Shown here: positions 27,552 through 36,172 of the stretch, piece by piece
How positions within the stretch are numbered: position 1 is the stretch's first letter
Layout: each line of letters begins with the position of its first letter
Origin: Parcubacteria group bacterium
GTDB taxonomy: Bacteria > Patescibacteriota > Minisyncoccia > Moranbacterales > UBA9337
Direction of reading: 5' to 3'
DNA length: 50,444 nucleotides
Assembly (NCBI GenBank): GCA_041662245.1
Contig: JBAZSW010000005.1
Location: 1 to 50,444 of the forward strand
The notes under the pieces: generated by a model
What the model was told of the DNA's origin: nothing
Database searches by the model: none
The model's input: only the letters and a program-made list of their open reading frames with translations
Program-made: the position numbers and the translations under genes

Positions 27552-28136
27552 ATGGAATTAAAAGAATATATAAAAATATTTAGGGAAAATTATCGATTTT
27601 TTTTCATTGTTATGGCAGTAGTTTTATTAGTGGGTTTAGCTGCTCAAGTGGCAATGAAAACTAAATATAAAGTTGTAATAGATTTAAATGTTACTCGAAC
27701 CGGTTATCAGAAAGATACTTCTGATTATCGCTATGATGAATTTTATCGATTGCAAGCCGATGAACGATTTGCTGACACGCTAGTAAGATGGTTGGGTTCA
27801 GAGGTGATAAAAAATGATATTGCTAATGAGGCGAAGGGAGCGTTTTTTGAAAAAATAAAAGCGGAAAGATTGTCCTCGCAATTGGTAAGAGTTACCTTTT
27901 TGATTACAGATAAAAAGCAAGCTCAGGAAATTACCAAATCGATTGATAGAGTAATTAATAATAAAATAATAGAGTTAAATGCTCAACAAAATAATCCCCA
28001 GTGGTTTAAGGCCTTGGTCAGTTATCCAATTGTGAGCGACTATAAATTATCTTTAACAAAATTAATAGAAATACTTGTGGCGAGTGGAATTTTTCTTGGA
28101 TTTTGGGCAGTTTTGATAAGGCACTATCTTAAATAG
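27552..28136 (+). CDS. Wzz-like polysaccharide chain-length determinant (N- and C-terminal TM segments)
   Basis: Topology and N-terminal LKEYIKIFRENYRFFFIV pattern. Context lies between GT2 and GT4. Confidence 0.35.
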   Translation: MELKEYIKIFRENYRFFFIVMAVVLLVGLAAQVAMKTKYKVVIDLNVTRTGYQKDTSDYRYDEFYRLQADERFADTLVRWLGSEVIKNDIANEAKGAFFEKIKAERLSSQLVRVTFLITDKKQAQEITKSIDRVINNKIIELNAQQNNPQWFKALVSYPIVSDYKLSLTKLIEILVASGIFLGFWAVLIRHYLK

Positions 28137-28186
28137 AATTGGTGTGATATAATGCTAGACTAAACATTATATGCAATGCGATAATT

Positions 28187-29341
28187 ATGAAAATAGGCAT
28201 AGACATAAGATGTCTATCCGAGGGGAGGAGGACTGGGGTAGAGGAATATACGATCAATCTTTTAGATAAAATTTTTAAAGAGGATAAGGATAATGAATAT
28301 ATCCTTTTTTTGAATTCTTGGAAAAGCTCCCAATTAAATCTTGATTGGCTAAGCAAATATAAAAATGTAAAGGTTAGAATATTTCATTTTCCCAATAAAC
28401 TCTTAAATTTTTTTATTTGGTATTTTCATTGGCCCCAGATAGATAAACTGCTGGGGGGTATAGATATTTTTTTTATGCCTAATTTAAATTTTGTAACACT
28501 TTCTGGTAAAAGTAAGCTAATTTTAACAATGCATGATCTTTCTTTCGAATATTTCCCAGAAACTTTTTCTCTCAAAAGACAATTCTGGCATATTTTTATT
28601 AATCCTAAAAAATTGAGTCAACGAGCGGATAAGATTTTGGCGATTTCACAGTCAACTAAAAACGATTTAATGAATCTTTATAAAATTGATTCCCAAAAAA
28701 TAGAGGTTGTTTATAATGGAATTTCGGATGAGTTTATGAGAGTTGACAGAAACGATCCAAAATTATTGGAAATAAAGGACAAATACAAGTTGCCTTTTAA
28801 CTTTATCCTTTTTTTAGGAACATTTGAACCAAGAAAAAATATCATTGGAATTGTTAGGGCTTATGAATTTCTAAGAGATGAAAGAAATAAAAATTTAGAT
28901 AAATATAAGTTGGTTATAGCAGGTTCAGCTGGCTGGAAATCGTCAGAAATTAAAAAAAATATTAAAAATTCCAAATACAGCAAGGATATTCAACTAGTTA
29001 AATTTATAGAAAACAAGGATAAAGTTTATGTATATAATTTAGCTTCTCTTTTTATTTACCCTTCTTTTTTTGAAGGTTTTGGCATCCCTCCTTTGGAAGC
29101 TATGAAATGTGGGGTTCCTGTAGTTGCTTCCAATAGTTCTGCTTTAGTGGAAACTGTGGGCGAGGGAGGAATTATTGTGGATGCTGATCGTCCGGATGAA
29201 ATTGCTATGGCTTCACGTGAATTTTTATTAAATAAAAATTTACAGGAGAAGTTATCTACTAAAAGATTTAAACAAATTCAAAAATTTTCTTGGATAAAGT
29301 CAGCTAATAAATTTTTAGAAATTATTAATAATATCAAATAG
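28187..29341 (+). CDS. GT4-family (GT-B) glycosyltransferase
   Basis: PSFFEGFGIPPLEAMKCGVPVVASNSSALVETVGEGGIIVD. Confidence 0.85.
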   Translation: MKIGIDIRCLSEGRRTGVEEYTINLLDKIFKEDKDNEYILFLNSWKSSQLNLDWLSKYKNVKVRIFHFPNKLLNFFIWYFHWPQIDKLLGGIDIFFMPNLNFVTLSGKSKLILTMHDLSFEYFPETFSLKRQFWHIFINPKKLSQRADKILAISQSTKNDLMNLYKIDSQKIEVVYNGISDEFMRVDRNDPKLLEIKDKYKLPFNFILFLGTFEPRKNIIGIVRAYEFLRDERNKNLDKYKLVIAGSAGWKSSEIKKNIKNSKYSKDIQLVKFIENKDKVYVYNLASLFIYPSFFEGFGIPPLEAMKCGVPVVASNSSALVETVGEGGIIVDADRPDEIAMASREFLLNKNLQEKLSTKRFKQIQKFSWIKSANKFLEIINNIK

Positions 29342-29402
29342 TTTATCATCGTTATGATAGTAAAGATGCAATTTGTTGCGTGTCTGCATTTTTGCGGTTA
29401 AC

Positions 29403-29434
29403 AAAAAAACATCCCGATAAATCGGGATGTTTTT
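29403..29434. terminator. bidirectional terminator between the GT4 gene (+) and csp (-)
   Basis: AAAAAAACATCCCGA-taaa-TCGGGATGTTTTT. Confidence 0.8.
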
Positions 29435-29447
29435 AAGTTTGTTGTTA

Positions 29448-29648
29448 TTATGCTAGAGCAACGTTGACAGCATTAGGACCTTTAGGACCATCTTTTACTT
29501 CAAATGTTACAGCATCTCCGTCTTTAAGTTCATTGAACTCTACACCTTGTAATTCAGATGCATGAAAGAAAAGATCTTTTTCCTCACCATCTTGAGATAT
29601 AAAGCCAAATCCCCTGTCTGTAAGACGAGCAATTTTTCCTTTGTTCAT
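29448..29648 (-). CDS. cold-shock domain protein (CspA family)
   Basis: MNKGKIARLTDRGFGFISQDG...FFHASEL carries the RNP1/RNP2 motifs. ATG 29648 gives the canonical 66 aa; the track start 29684 is too long. Confidence 0.9.
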   Translation of the reverse strand: MNKGKIARLTDRGFGFISQDGEEKDLFFHASELQGVEFNELKDGDAVTFEVKDGPKGPNAVNVALA

Positions 29649-29980
29649 CGTTTTTGTAAGATAAGCTTGTTGATTAATTTTCAAATCTATGTGGACTGTT
29701 TGATAAAACTCGACTTTGCTTTTCTTACAGTTCCGATCTGATTATATGAATCATTGCATATTTAAAGGATTTTGTCAATGTTTTTTTTATTTGAAAATTT
29801 TAAAGTGAGTAGTGACTTAAATTATTGCGATAAATTTAGTTGATTTAAGAAGATTAAAGCATAGCTTAAATTTTAACTAAAATTATAATAGAGGGGTGTT
29901 TTTCTAATGCAACAAAGTAAAAGCCTTGTCAATATTGCGGTATTTAGTGTAATTGTTATACTTATTATGTTTTAAGAAAT

Positions 29981-30349
29981 ATGTACAAGAAATTAAATCT
30001 TAATATAAAAATTATGGGAGATTACGAAAAAGACAATATTAGAGATGCCGAAGTGGATGAAATAGAATCCGGCGATGAAGGAAAAAAGAAAAATTATCGC
30101 ACGGAAGTTATTTTGATTCTTATTATCGGCTTGCTTTTGGGCGTAATGTTAAAAGCAGAGTCTTTAAAAAGAGTTAGTGTAGGATTTAGCGATTATAAAG
30201 TAGAAGGTGGCGCGCAAGGATATGATATGGATAGCATTGAAAAGAAAATGATTGAGGAGAATAATGCTCAGTCAAAAACAGACGCGGGTGCGACAGATAA
30301 TAAATCTGGAGGTGCAGGAGTTGAAGACGTAGCTCCTTCAGGAAATTAA
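29981..30349 (+). CDS. small single-pass membrane protein
   Basis: One TM segment (VILILIIGLLLGVML) and a low-complexity C-terminus. Confidence 0.5.
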   Translation: MYKKLNLNIKIMGDYEKDNIRDAEVDEIESGDEGKKKNYRTEVILILIIGLLLGVMLKAESLKRVSVGFSDYKVEGGAQGYDMDSIEKKMIEENNAQSKTDAGATDNKSGGAGVEDVAPSGN

Positions 30350-30435
30350 TAATAAATAATTTTTAAAAGTAGTTTAATTAAATAATATTGCTGCTTCGGG
30401 TGTCCCTGAGACATTTGGACAATAATAAAATTTTT

Positions 30436-31572
30436 ATGAGCGAGGAAAACAAAATTGAAACAACGGAGACAACTGAGACAACAGAGGAAGTTGTTGTGGA
30501 AGATAAAAATGATGATAAGAAAAAAATAAAAAATTTAATTTCCCTAGTTATTTTATTGGGTGGTCTTTTTGTGGGAAGTTTATTTGTTGATTTTTCTCAA
30601 TTAATTAAGGGAGGAGGAATTTCTCAAAAAGTTCTTAATAACAAGGATATTTTTCAATTAGATGGGAAAACTTGGGTTGCCTATAGCGATCCAATGATTA
30701 GCGTATCCATTTTGAATGATGATACTTGCAAAGATTGTAACGTAGACGAGGTGATTCTTTCTTTAAGGAAAGTAATTCCTACGATGCTTTCTAGTAGGAT
30801 TGATTATTCATCAGCTGAAGGAAAGAAAATGATTGAAGATTTTGAAATAAAATCATTGCCAGCTTTCGTTTTTGGAAAAGAAGTTGAGGATACAGAACTT
30901 TTTGGACAAGCTAAAGCCCTTTTTATTGAGAAAAATGGAAAATATTTATTAGATTCTGCTAAAGCAGGTTTACCGGCAGGAAAATATTTGAAAACTCCGA
31001 CTATTGGAGATAATTCAATAAAATTTGGACCAGATGACGCTAAAGTTAAATTGGTAGAGTTTTCAGATTTTCAATGTCCTTATTGTCAATTATTCCAAAA
31101 AACTGTAGATACGATTGTCAAGGAATATGGAGATAAAGTTCAATTTGTGTTTAAGAATTTTCCTTTGGATTCAATTCATCCAAGAGCTAAAGCCGCTGCT
31201 ATGGCAGCAGAGTGTGCTAATGAACAAGGTAAATTCATGGATTATTCAGATAAGCTTTTTGTCAATCAAAAAATTTGGGGAGCTACTAAAGATAACAAAT
31301 TATTTATTGGTTATGCCTCTCAATTAAAAATGGATGTGACTAAATTTACTCAATGCGTAAATGACGAAAAATACAAAAATAAGATTGAGAGTGATTTGAA
31401 AGAGGGAAGTGAGTTTGGTATTTCTGGGACACCAGCTATGTTTATTAATGATAAATTTAAAAATGGAGCCGTGGAAATGTCTGAATTAAAATCTATTATT
31501 GATGCTGAGCTAAACGGAGAGCAAGTTACTGAATCAGCGGAAAGTGATGAAAAAGTAGAAGAAACTAAATAA
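30436..31572 (+). CDS. membrane-anchored DsbA-family thiol:disulfide oxidoreductase
   Basis: FSDFQCPYCQLF active site and an N-terminal TM segment. ATG 30436 (MSEENK) is preferred over the track start at TTG 30388. Confidence 0.8.
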   Translation: MSEENKIETTETTETTEEVVVEDKNDDKKKIKNLISLVILLGGLFVGSLFVDFSQLIKGGGISQKVLNNKDIFQLDGKTWVAYSDPMISVSILNDDTCKDCNVDEVILSLRKVIPTMLSSRIDYSSAEGKKMIEDFEIKSLPAFVFGKEVEDTELFGQAKALFIEKNGKYLLDSAKAGLPAGKYLKTPTIGDNSIKFGPDDAKVKLVEFSDFQCPYCQLFQKTVDTIVKEYGDKVQFVFKNFPLDSIHPRAKAAAMAAECANEQGKFMDYSDKLFVNQKIWGATKDNKLFIGYASQLKMDVTKFTQCVNDEKYKNKIESDLKEGSEFGISGTPAMFINDKFKNGAVEMSELKSIIDAELNGEQVTESAESDEKVEETK

Positions 31573-31605
31573 TTTATTAGCTTATAGCTTGTAAGTTTCG
31601 AAAAT

Positions 31606-31637
31606 AAAAAACATCCCGTTTGGTCGGGATGTTTTTT
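31606..31637 (+). terminator. intrinsic terminator
   Basis: AAAAAACATCCCG-tttggt-CGGGATGTTTTTT. Confidence 0.8.
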
Positions 31638-31712
31638 AAATAGATAAAATTGTTATATTAATTCAATTCATCATTATTTAATTAATAAATTATGAAGAAT
31701 ATAAAATAATAT

Positions 31713-31789
31713 GTCATTTCGACCGGATAAATTTTTGCCTGTCATGTTGAATAACATGGTACTCAAAAATTTAGAAGTGGAGAAATCTC
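31713..31789 (+). mobile_element. MITE-like dispersed element, family GTCATTTCGAC...GGAGAAATCTC (copy A1)
   Basis: About 93% identical to the reverse complement of 48152..48228. Internal hairpin CATGTTGAATAACATG. Confidence 0.7.
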
Positions 31790-31805
31790 AGATTTATTGT
31801 TAGCT

Positions 31806-31832
31806 GAGATATTCCGACAAGCTCGAAATAAC
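31806..31832 (-). repeat. short form of the same family (GAGATATTCC...CTCGAAATAAC)
   Basis: Both end motifs are present, in the opposite orientation to A1. Confidence 0.4.
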
Positions 31833-31917
31833 ATAATTGGAAGATTTGAAGTGATTTGTTAATTGCTGGCTGGCGGAGTTGCGTTGTTTAGATGACTGAT
31901 TTCTGATGACCGATGAC

Positions 31918-32871
31918 TTATTCTTCTATCTCTATTTTGCAAACTCTCCATTTTTGAGCTAAGTCTTTTTTAAATTTAATCTGGGCTTGGGAAAAATATT
32001 TTTTTATCAGGGGAATGATTATCTTTTTTTGTTCGGGGCTTATCTCCATTAGGATAGTAGCTCGTAGCTTGTAGCTCGTAATCAGTGATTTTATTTGGGA
32101 AAGTAGTTTGTTGTAGTGAGATAGACCATTTTGAGGGCTGTAGAGAGCGGATTTGGGTTCGTATTCTTTTACATTTTTGGCGCACGCATAGTAGATGTCT
32201 TTGGAGAGGTAGGGAAGATTGGCCAAAATAATCAGATTTGTAGCAGGTAGTTTGTAGCAGGTAGTTTGTATTTTTTTAGAAAATGGCTCTAGCAAATCGC
32301 CGTGAAGGAATTTTATTTTTTTATTTAAATTGTGAAGTCGGGCATTTTGTCTAGCGATTTTTAACGCATCTGGGGAAATATCTGTAGCGAAGCAGTTTAC
32401 AGTTTTTAGTCCACAGTTCTCAGCATGGTTCGTGGTTTTTGATTCACAGTTCACAGAATCTATGCCCCATGTTCTATGCTCCATGTTATGTGTTAGTGAT
32501 ATTATAATGTTGCCACTTCCTGTGCCGACGTCTATAACATTGATGACTGATGACTGATGACTGATGACATTCTGCAAGGCTAAATCCACCATCAATTCTG
32601 TCTCGGGGCGAGGAATGAGGGTATGCGCGTTAACTTTAAAGTTTAAGCCATAAAACTCTTTTTCTCCAAGAATATAGGCGAGAGGCTCATTTTTGAGGCG
32701 ACGATTAGCTAATAATGCTATTTTTTTAGCTTGCAGGGTAGTTAATTTATATTCAGGATGAATTAATATGAATTCCCGTTCTTTTTTTATTACGCGGGAA
32801 ATCAAAATATCTAGATCAATAGAATCTAGTTTTTTATAATAATTTTCCTTAAAGCGCTCAACTGTTGGCAT
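31918..32871 (-). CDS. prmC: release-factor glutamine N5-methyltransferase, interrupted in frame by four low-complexity repeat blocks
   Basis: LIPRPETE, VIDVGTGSGNI, ATDISPDAL and LANLPYL (NPPY position), downstream of prfA. ATG 32871 is preferred because the track start at TTG 32928 lies inside a 12-bp hairpin. Confidence 0.8.
   Translation of the reverse strand: MPTVERFKENYYKKLDSIDLDILISRVIKKEREFILIHPEYKLTTLQAKKIALLANRRLKNEPLAYILGEKEFYGLNFKVNAHTLIPRPETELMVDLALQNVISHQSSVINVIDVGTGSGNIIISLTHNMEHRTWGIDSVNCESKTTNHAENCGLKTVNCFATDISPDALKIARQNARLHNLNKKIKFLHGDLLEPFSKKIQTTCYKLPATNLIILANLPYLSKDIYYACAKNVKEYEPKSALYSPQNGLSHYNKLLSQIKSLITSYKLRATILMEISPEQKKIIIPLIKKYFSQAQIKFKKDLAQKWRVCKIEIEE
32057..32080. 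repeat. heptamer stutter GTAGCTC GTAGCTT GTAGCTC GTA inside prmC
   Basis: Read directly from the sequence. Encodes the SYKLRAT segment. Confidence 0.8.
32237..32270. repeat. 14-nt tandem repeat TTTGTAGCAGGTAG, 2.4 units, inside prmC
   Basis: Read directly from the sequence. Encodes TTCYKLPATN, just before the NLPY motif. Confidence 0.85.
32541..32568. repeat. heptanucleotide repeat TGATGAC, 4 units, inside prmC
   Basis: Read directly from the sequence. Encodes VISHQSSVI just before the SAM-binding GxGxG. Related words GATGACTGATTTCTGATGACCGATGAC lie just past the stop (31893..31919). Confidence 0.9.
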
Positions 32872-32918
32872 AAGGGTATTTGGTTGATATTCTGTTTTGC
32901 TTAAGTAATTAAAAGCGG

Positions 32919-32954
32919 AAAGCTCCAAATATAAATAAATCTATTTGGAGCTTT
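32919..32954 (-). promoter_or_regulatory. perfect 12-bp inverted repeat (AAAGCTCCAAAT / ATTTGGAGCTTT) between prfA and prmC
   Basis: Read directly from the sequence. 12-nt loop, and on the minus strand it is followed by a T-rich tract (CCGCTTTT). Confidence 0.6.
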
Positions 32955-32966
32955 GCAATTGAAATT

Positions 32967-34043
32967 TTATTTTTTATCTAATTTTTTCTTAATATCTTCT
33001 TCTTGAAGAGTTTCAATAATCTTAGATATATCTCCGTCTAAAATAGTTTCCATATTACTCCAAGATACTTTTATGCGGTGATCAGTAATTCTATCTTGAG
33101 GAAAGTTGTAGGTTCTAATTTTTTCGCTGCGGTCGCCCGTGCCAATTTGGCTTAGTCTAGCATCGCCCAATTTTTTAGATTCTTCATCTCTTTGCACTTG
33201 GACTACTCGAGAACGTAAGACTTTCATGGCTTGATCCTTGTTTTTATGTTGAGATTTGGCGTCTTGACAAGAGGCTACAATACCAGTTGGAAGATGGGTA
33301 ATTCTCACTGCACTCATAGTGGTATTAACACTTTGCCCTCCCGGCCCAGATGAAGCAAAAGTGTCAATCCGCAGATCCTTGGGGTCGATTCTTATATCAA
33401 TTTCTTCAGCCTCGGGCAGAACTGCCACAGTAACAGTAGAGGTGTGAATTCGACCTGACTTTTCCGTTTCAGGAATTCTTTGCACGCGGTGTACTCCTGA
33501 CTCATATTTCATTTTTTTAAAGACAGAATTTTCATTGTCAGTAGACGAAAGATTAAATATAATTTCTTTATACCCTCCCATTTCAGTAGTGCTAGAACTA
33601 AGAATGGATATTTTCCAATGATTATTTTCCGCGTAACGAGAGTACATCTTAAAAAGAGTGGCAGCAAAAAGACTGGCCTCATCCCCGCCAGCTCCAGCTC
33701 GAATTTCAATGATAACATCTTTAGAATCGTTAGGATCTTTAGGTAAAAGATTATATTCTAGTTTTTTTTCTAACTCTTCCTTTTCTTTGTGCAAGTTGAC
33801 ATTATCTTCAATCGCCAAGGCAGTCATTTCCTCATCTTCTTGAGAATTAATAATTTCTCCATTTTCTTTTAATTCATTCTCAACTGCTTCTAAGCGATTG
33901 ATAAGCAGAATGGTTTTTTCCAGTTCGGATTTTCTTTTTCCGAATTTAGCCATTTGGGATGGATGGGATAATATTTCTGAAGAATTTAATTCACTTTGCA
34001 ATTTTAGATATTCTTTTTTTATGCTTTCAATTTGATTTATCAT
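32967..34043 (-). CDS. prfA: peptide chain release factor 1
   Basis: GGQSVNTT (GGQ) and [15 protein letters not shown] (PxT tripeptide region). Confidence 0.95.
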   Translation of the reverse strand: MINQIESIKKEYLKLQSELNSSEILSHPSQMAKFGKRKSELEKTILLINRLEAVENELKENGEIINSQEDEEMTALAIEDNVNLHKEKEELEKKLEYNLLPKDPNDSKDVIIEIRAGAGGDEASLFAATLFKMYSRYAENNHWKISILSSSTTEMGGYKEIIFNLSSTDNENSVFKKMKYESGVHRVQRIPETEKSGRIHTSTVTVAVLPEAEEIDIRIDPKDLRIDTFASSGPGGQSVNTTMSAVRITHLPTGIVASCQDAKSQHKNKDQAMKVLRSRVVQVQRDEESKKLGDARLSQIGTGDRSEKIRTYNFPQDRITDHRIKVSWSNMETILDGDISKIIETLQEEDIKKKLDKK

Positions 34044-34249
34044 AGTATTTTTATTCCTTAAAACTCAAGTAAATTCTATCTCTATTGGCGTCTTAAGTCA
34101 AACAATAGAAATAATATGTCAGCAGGAAATAAAAATAGTAGTAACTGTTAGTTAATTTAATTTATTTGACAGTAATTTATTTTTAATATATAAGAAAATA
34201 AGTAAATATAGAAGTATTTATTAAAAGTCCATCAAGAAAGGAGACTACA

Positions 34250-34825
34250 ATGACAACGGAAAATGGTAAATTTTCAACGTGGCTCAATGCCGGTTCAATG
34301 GGGTGGGAAGTTGTTGTGCTACAAATTTTGTTAAGACTTAAGCTCCTAAGTACCTCAGTGAGCATAAGTGGATACTACGGCAATAAAACAGTGGATGGAG
34401 TTTGTAAATGGCAACGAATGTTGGGGGTTGAGGTTGATGGCAATTTTGGTCAAGATACCCGAAAAAAAATTATCAAAAGAGGCGGATTGGATTTTAATAC
34501 GCTTCTGGCAGCCGTTTTTCGAACAAAGGCAGAAAGAAAAAAACTTTTTCGCGAAAGTCTTTGCATGGGAGATAATGGATCGGATGTAGCTGTTCTTCAA
34601 TGCTATCTTCGAGATAATGGACACAACGACAATATTGTTGTTGACGGAAAGTATGGCAACGAAACAAAAAAAGGAGTTATCAGCTTGCAAAGATTTTTTT
34701 TAATTAAGGGAGTTGGTGACTTTGATTCAACGACTAATGTGGCACTGTTTGAAAATACTGGATTTGATCTGAAATCTCTTTCGTCAGATATCTTTCAAGG
34801 AGAAAATATTCCCGTTGGTCCTTAA
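34250..34825 (+). CDS. protein with two peptidoglycan-binding (PG_binding_1-like) domains
   Basis: Two repeats of G..G..V..LQ..L.....DG.(F/Y)G..T...V...Q. Confidence 0.65.
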   Translation: MTTENGKFSTWLNAGSMGWEVVVLQILLRLKLLSTSVSISGYYGNKTVDGVCKWQRMLGVEVDGNFGQDTRKKIIKRGGLDFNTLLAAVFRTKAERKKLFRESLCMGDNGSDVAVLQCYLRDNGHNDNIVVDGKYGNETKKGVISLQRFFLIKGVGDFDSTTNVALFENTGFDLKSLSSDIFQGENIPVGP

Positions 34826-34862
34826 ATAAGATTTGATCTGCCAATCAATTTATTTGATTTTG

Positions 34863-34904
34863 AAAACGCTTTGACAGTTAACACTATTGTCAAAGCGTTT
34901 TTTT
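34863..34904 (+). terminator. strong intrinsic terminator
   Basis: AAAACGCTTTGACA-gttaacactat-TGTCAAAGCGTTTTTTT. Confidence 0.85.
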
Positions 34905-34963
34905 ATTGTTTTTTAATTAATAAATGTGCTATAATATAAAAAATAATATTTAAAATAAAAAAC

Positions 34964-35263
34964 ATGAAGAAAAATTTGTATCTGTGGATATTTATAGCAG
35001 TAGCCATCGTCTTGTGTGGAACACTCTTTTTTGCTTCGGTAGATGTCTTTAAAAAAGGGGAGAGAGAAAATTCTGCGTTAAAAAACATTCCTAACTCCAG
35101 TCGAAGATCTGAAGGAAAGAATGTCGTTTCTGAAAAAGTTGATTTAACTCAACCAAATGTTGATTTTGAAGAGGATAATAATGATTTAAATGACGGAATT
35201 GCCGATGATGCTAGTTTTGACGATCAACCTAGTGTGGATTCAATTGAGAATGAAGTTTATTAA
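34964..35263 (+). CDS. small membrane-anchored acidic protein
   Basis: N-terminal TM segment and a D/E-rich tail. Confidence 0.5.
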   Translation: MKKNLYLWIFIAVAIVLCGTLFFASVDVFKKGERENSALKNIPNSSRRSEGKNVVSEKVDLTQPNVDFEEDNNDLNDGIADDASFDDQPSVDSIENEVY

Positions 35264-35360
35264 GATAATTAATGGGGTAAATATAAAAAATAAATATAAA
35301 CTGTGAATATAAGTCCTATGCGTAATTTTGCATAAATTTGTAATTCACAGAAAAAGATAT

Positions 35361-36155
35361 ATGAAAAATAAAATAAAATTAATTAGTTTAATAGCCTTAT
35401 TTTTATCAGTAGGTACTTTTGCTAATAAAGTTCAGGCTGTTAGCCAAAGCATCACTGATAGAATTGACGAAAGAAATGCTACTCGAGAAGAAAGAATTGC
35501 AGAAAGAGTTTGTAATCGAATAGATAATGTGATTACTCGTTTAGAAAAAAGTATTAGTGATAATGGCGTTAATTTAAGAAATAGAGCAGAAAACAGATTG
35601 AGAGAAATGGAAACTAATCAAGTCAGTAAAGAAACTGAATTAAAAAATAGAAGAACAGCGAGAGATACTAGCAGAGAAAAATTTTATAATGAATTAGAAT
35701 CCAAGGCGGGAGACGACGCGACAAAAAAGACAGCAGTAGCGAAATTTAAAACTGCTGTAGAAGAGGCAATAAAAATAAGGAGAACGGCTATTGATCAAGC
35801 TCAAACAACGATGAACGAGGGGATTTCGCAAGCGCTAAAAAACAGGGAAACCTCAATGGAATCTTTTCGAAAAGAGTTTGAAGGAAATGTCGAAACAGCA
35901 ATCAATAAAGCCAAAAACTCTTGTGATGATAATACTAGTAGCGAAGAATTAAAAAGTGTCTTAAGTCAATTAAAAAATGATATAAAATCAGCAAGAGATA
36001 AATATAAAACACAAACAATAGAAGCAAAAAAAGTTCAAGAAACAGTTATGACATTAAGGGAGGAAAGAAAAGCAAACGTGAAGACCGCTATTGAAAATTT
36101 TAAAGCGGCCATGAAAACAGCTCAAGAGGAGCTACGGGTGGCTATGGGTGCATAA
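35361..36155 (+). CDS. secreted coiled-coil protein
   Basis: Signal peptide MKNKIKLISLIALFLSVGTFANKVQA, then a charged helical region. ATG 35361 is preferred over the track start at TTG 35328. Confidence 0.6.
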   Translation: MKNKIKLISLIALFLSVGTFANKVQAVSQSITDRIDERNATREERIAERVCNRIDNVITRLEKSISDNGVNLRNRAENRLREMETNQVSKETELKNRRTARDTSREKFYNELESKAGDDATKKTAVAKFKTAVEEAIKIRRTAIDQAQTTMNEGISQALKNRETSMESFRKEFEGNVETAINKAKNSCDDNTSSEELKSVLSQLKNDIKSARDKYKTQTIEAKKVQETVMTLREERKANVKTAIENFKAAMKTAQEELRVAMGA

Positions 36156-36172
36156 TATCTATTATTTCAAGA

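Noticed and set aside
29750-29778. Candidate csp promoter on the minus strand (TTGACA, 17-nt spacer, AATGAT), giving a ~100-nt 5' UTR.
   Set aside because: Not reported as a feature. The -10 box is weak and an alternative TATAAT lies nearby with poor spacing, so I cannot choose between them from sequence alone.
31115-31327. + strand ORF 31115..31327 nested in the DsbA-like gene.
   Set aside because: It is an out-of-frame internal ORF with no SD, and the host frame carries the CPYC thioredoxin motif.
29403-31637. Near-identical terminators (AAAAAACATCCCG...CGGGATGTTTTT at 29403 and 31606, with a similar AAAAAACATCTC...GAGATGTTTTTT at 42622) could be a mobile repeat.
   Set aside because: The similarity is confined to the short stem and the A/T runs expected of any intrinsic terminator. 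The loops and flanks differ.
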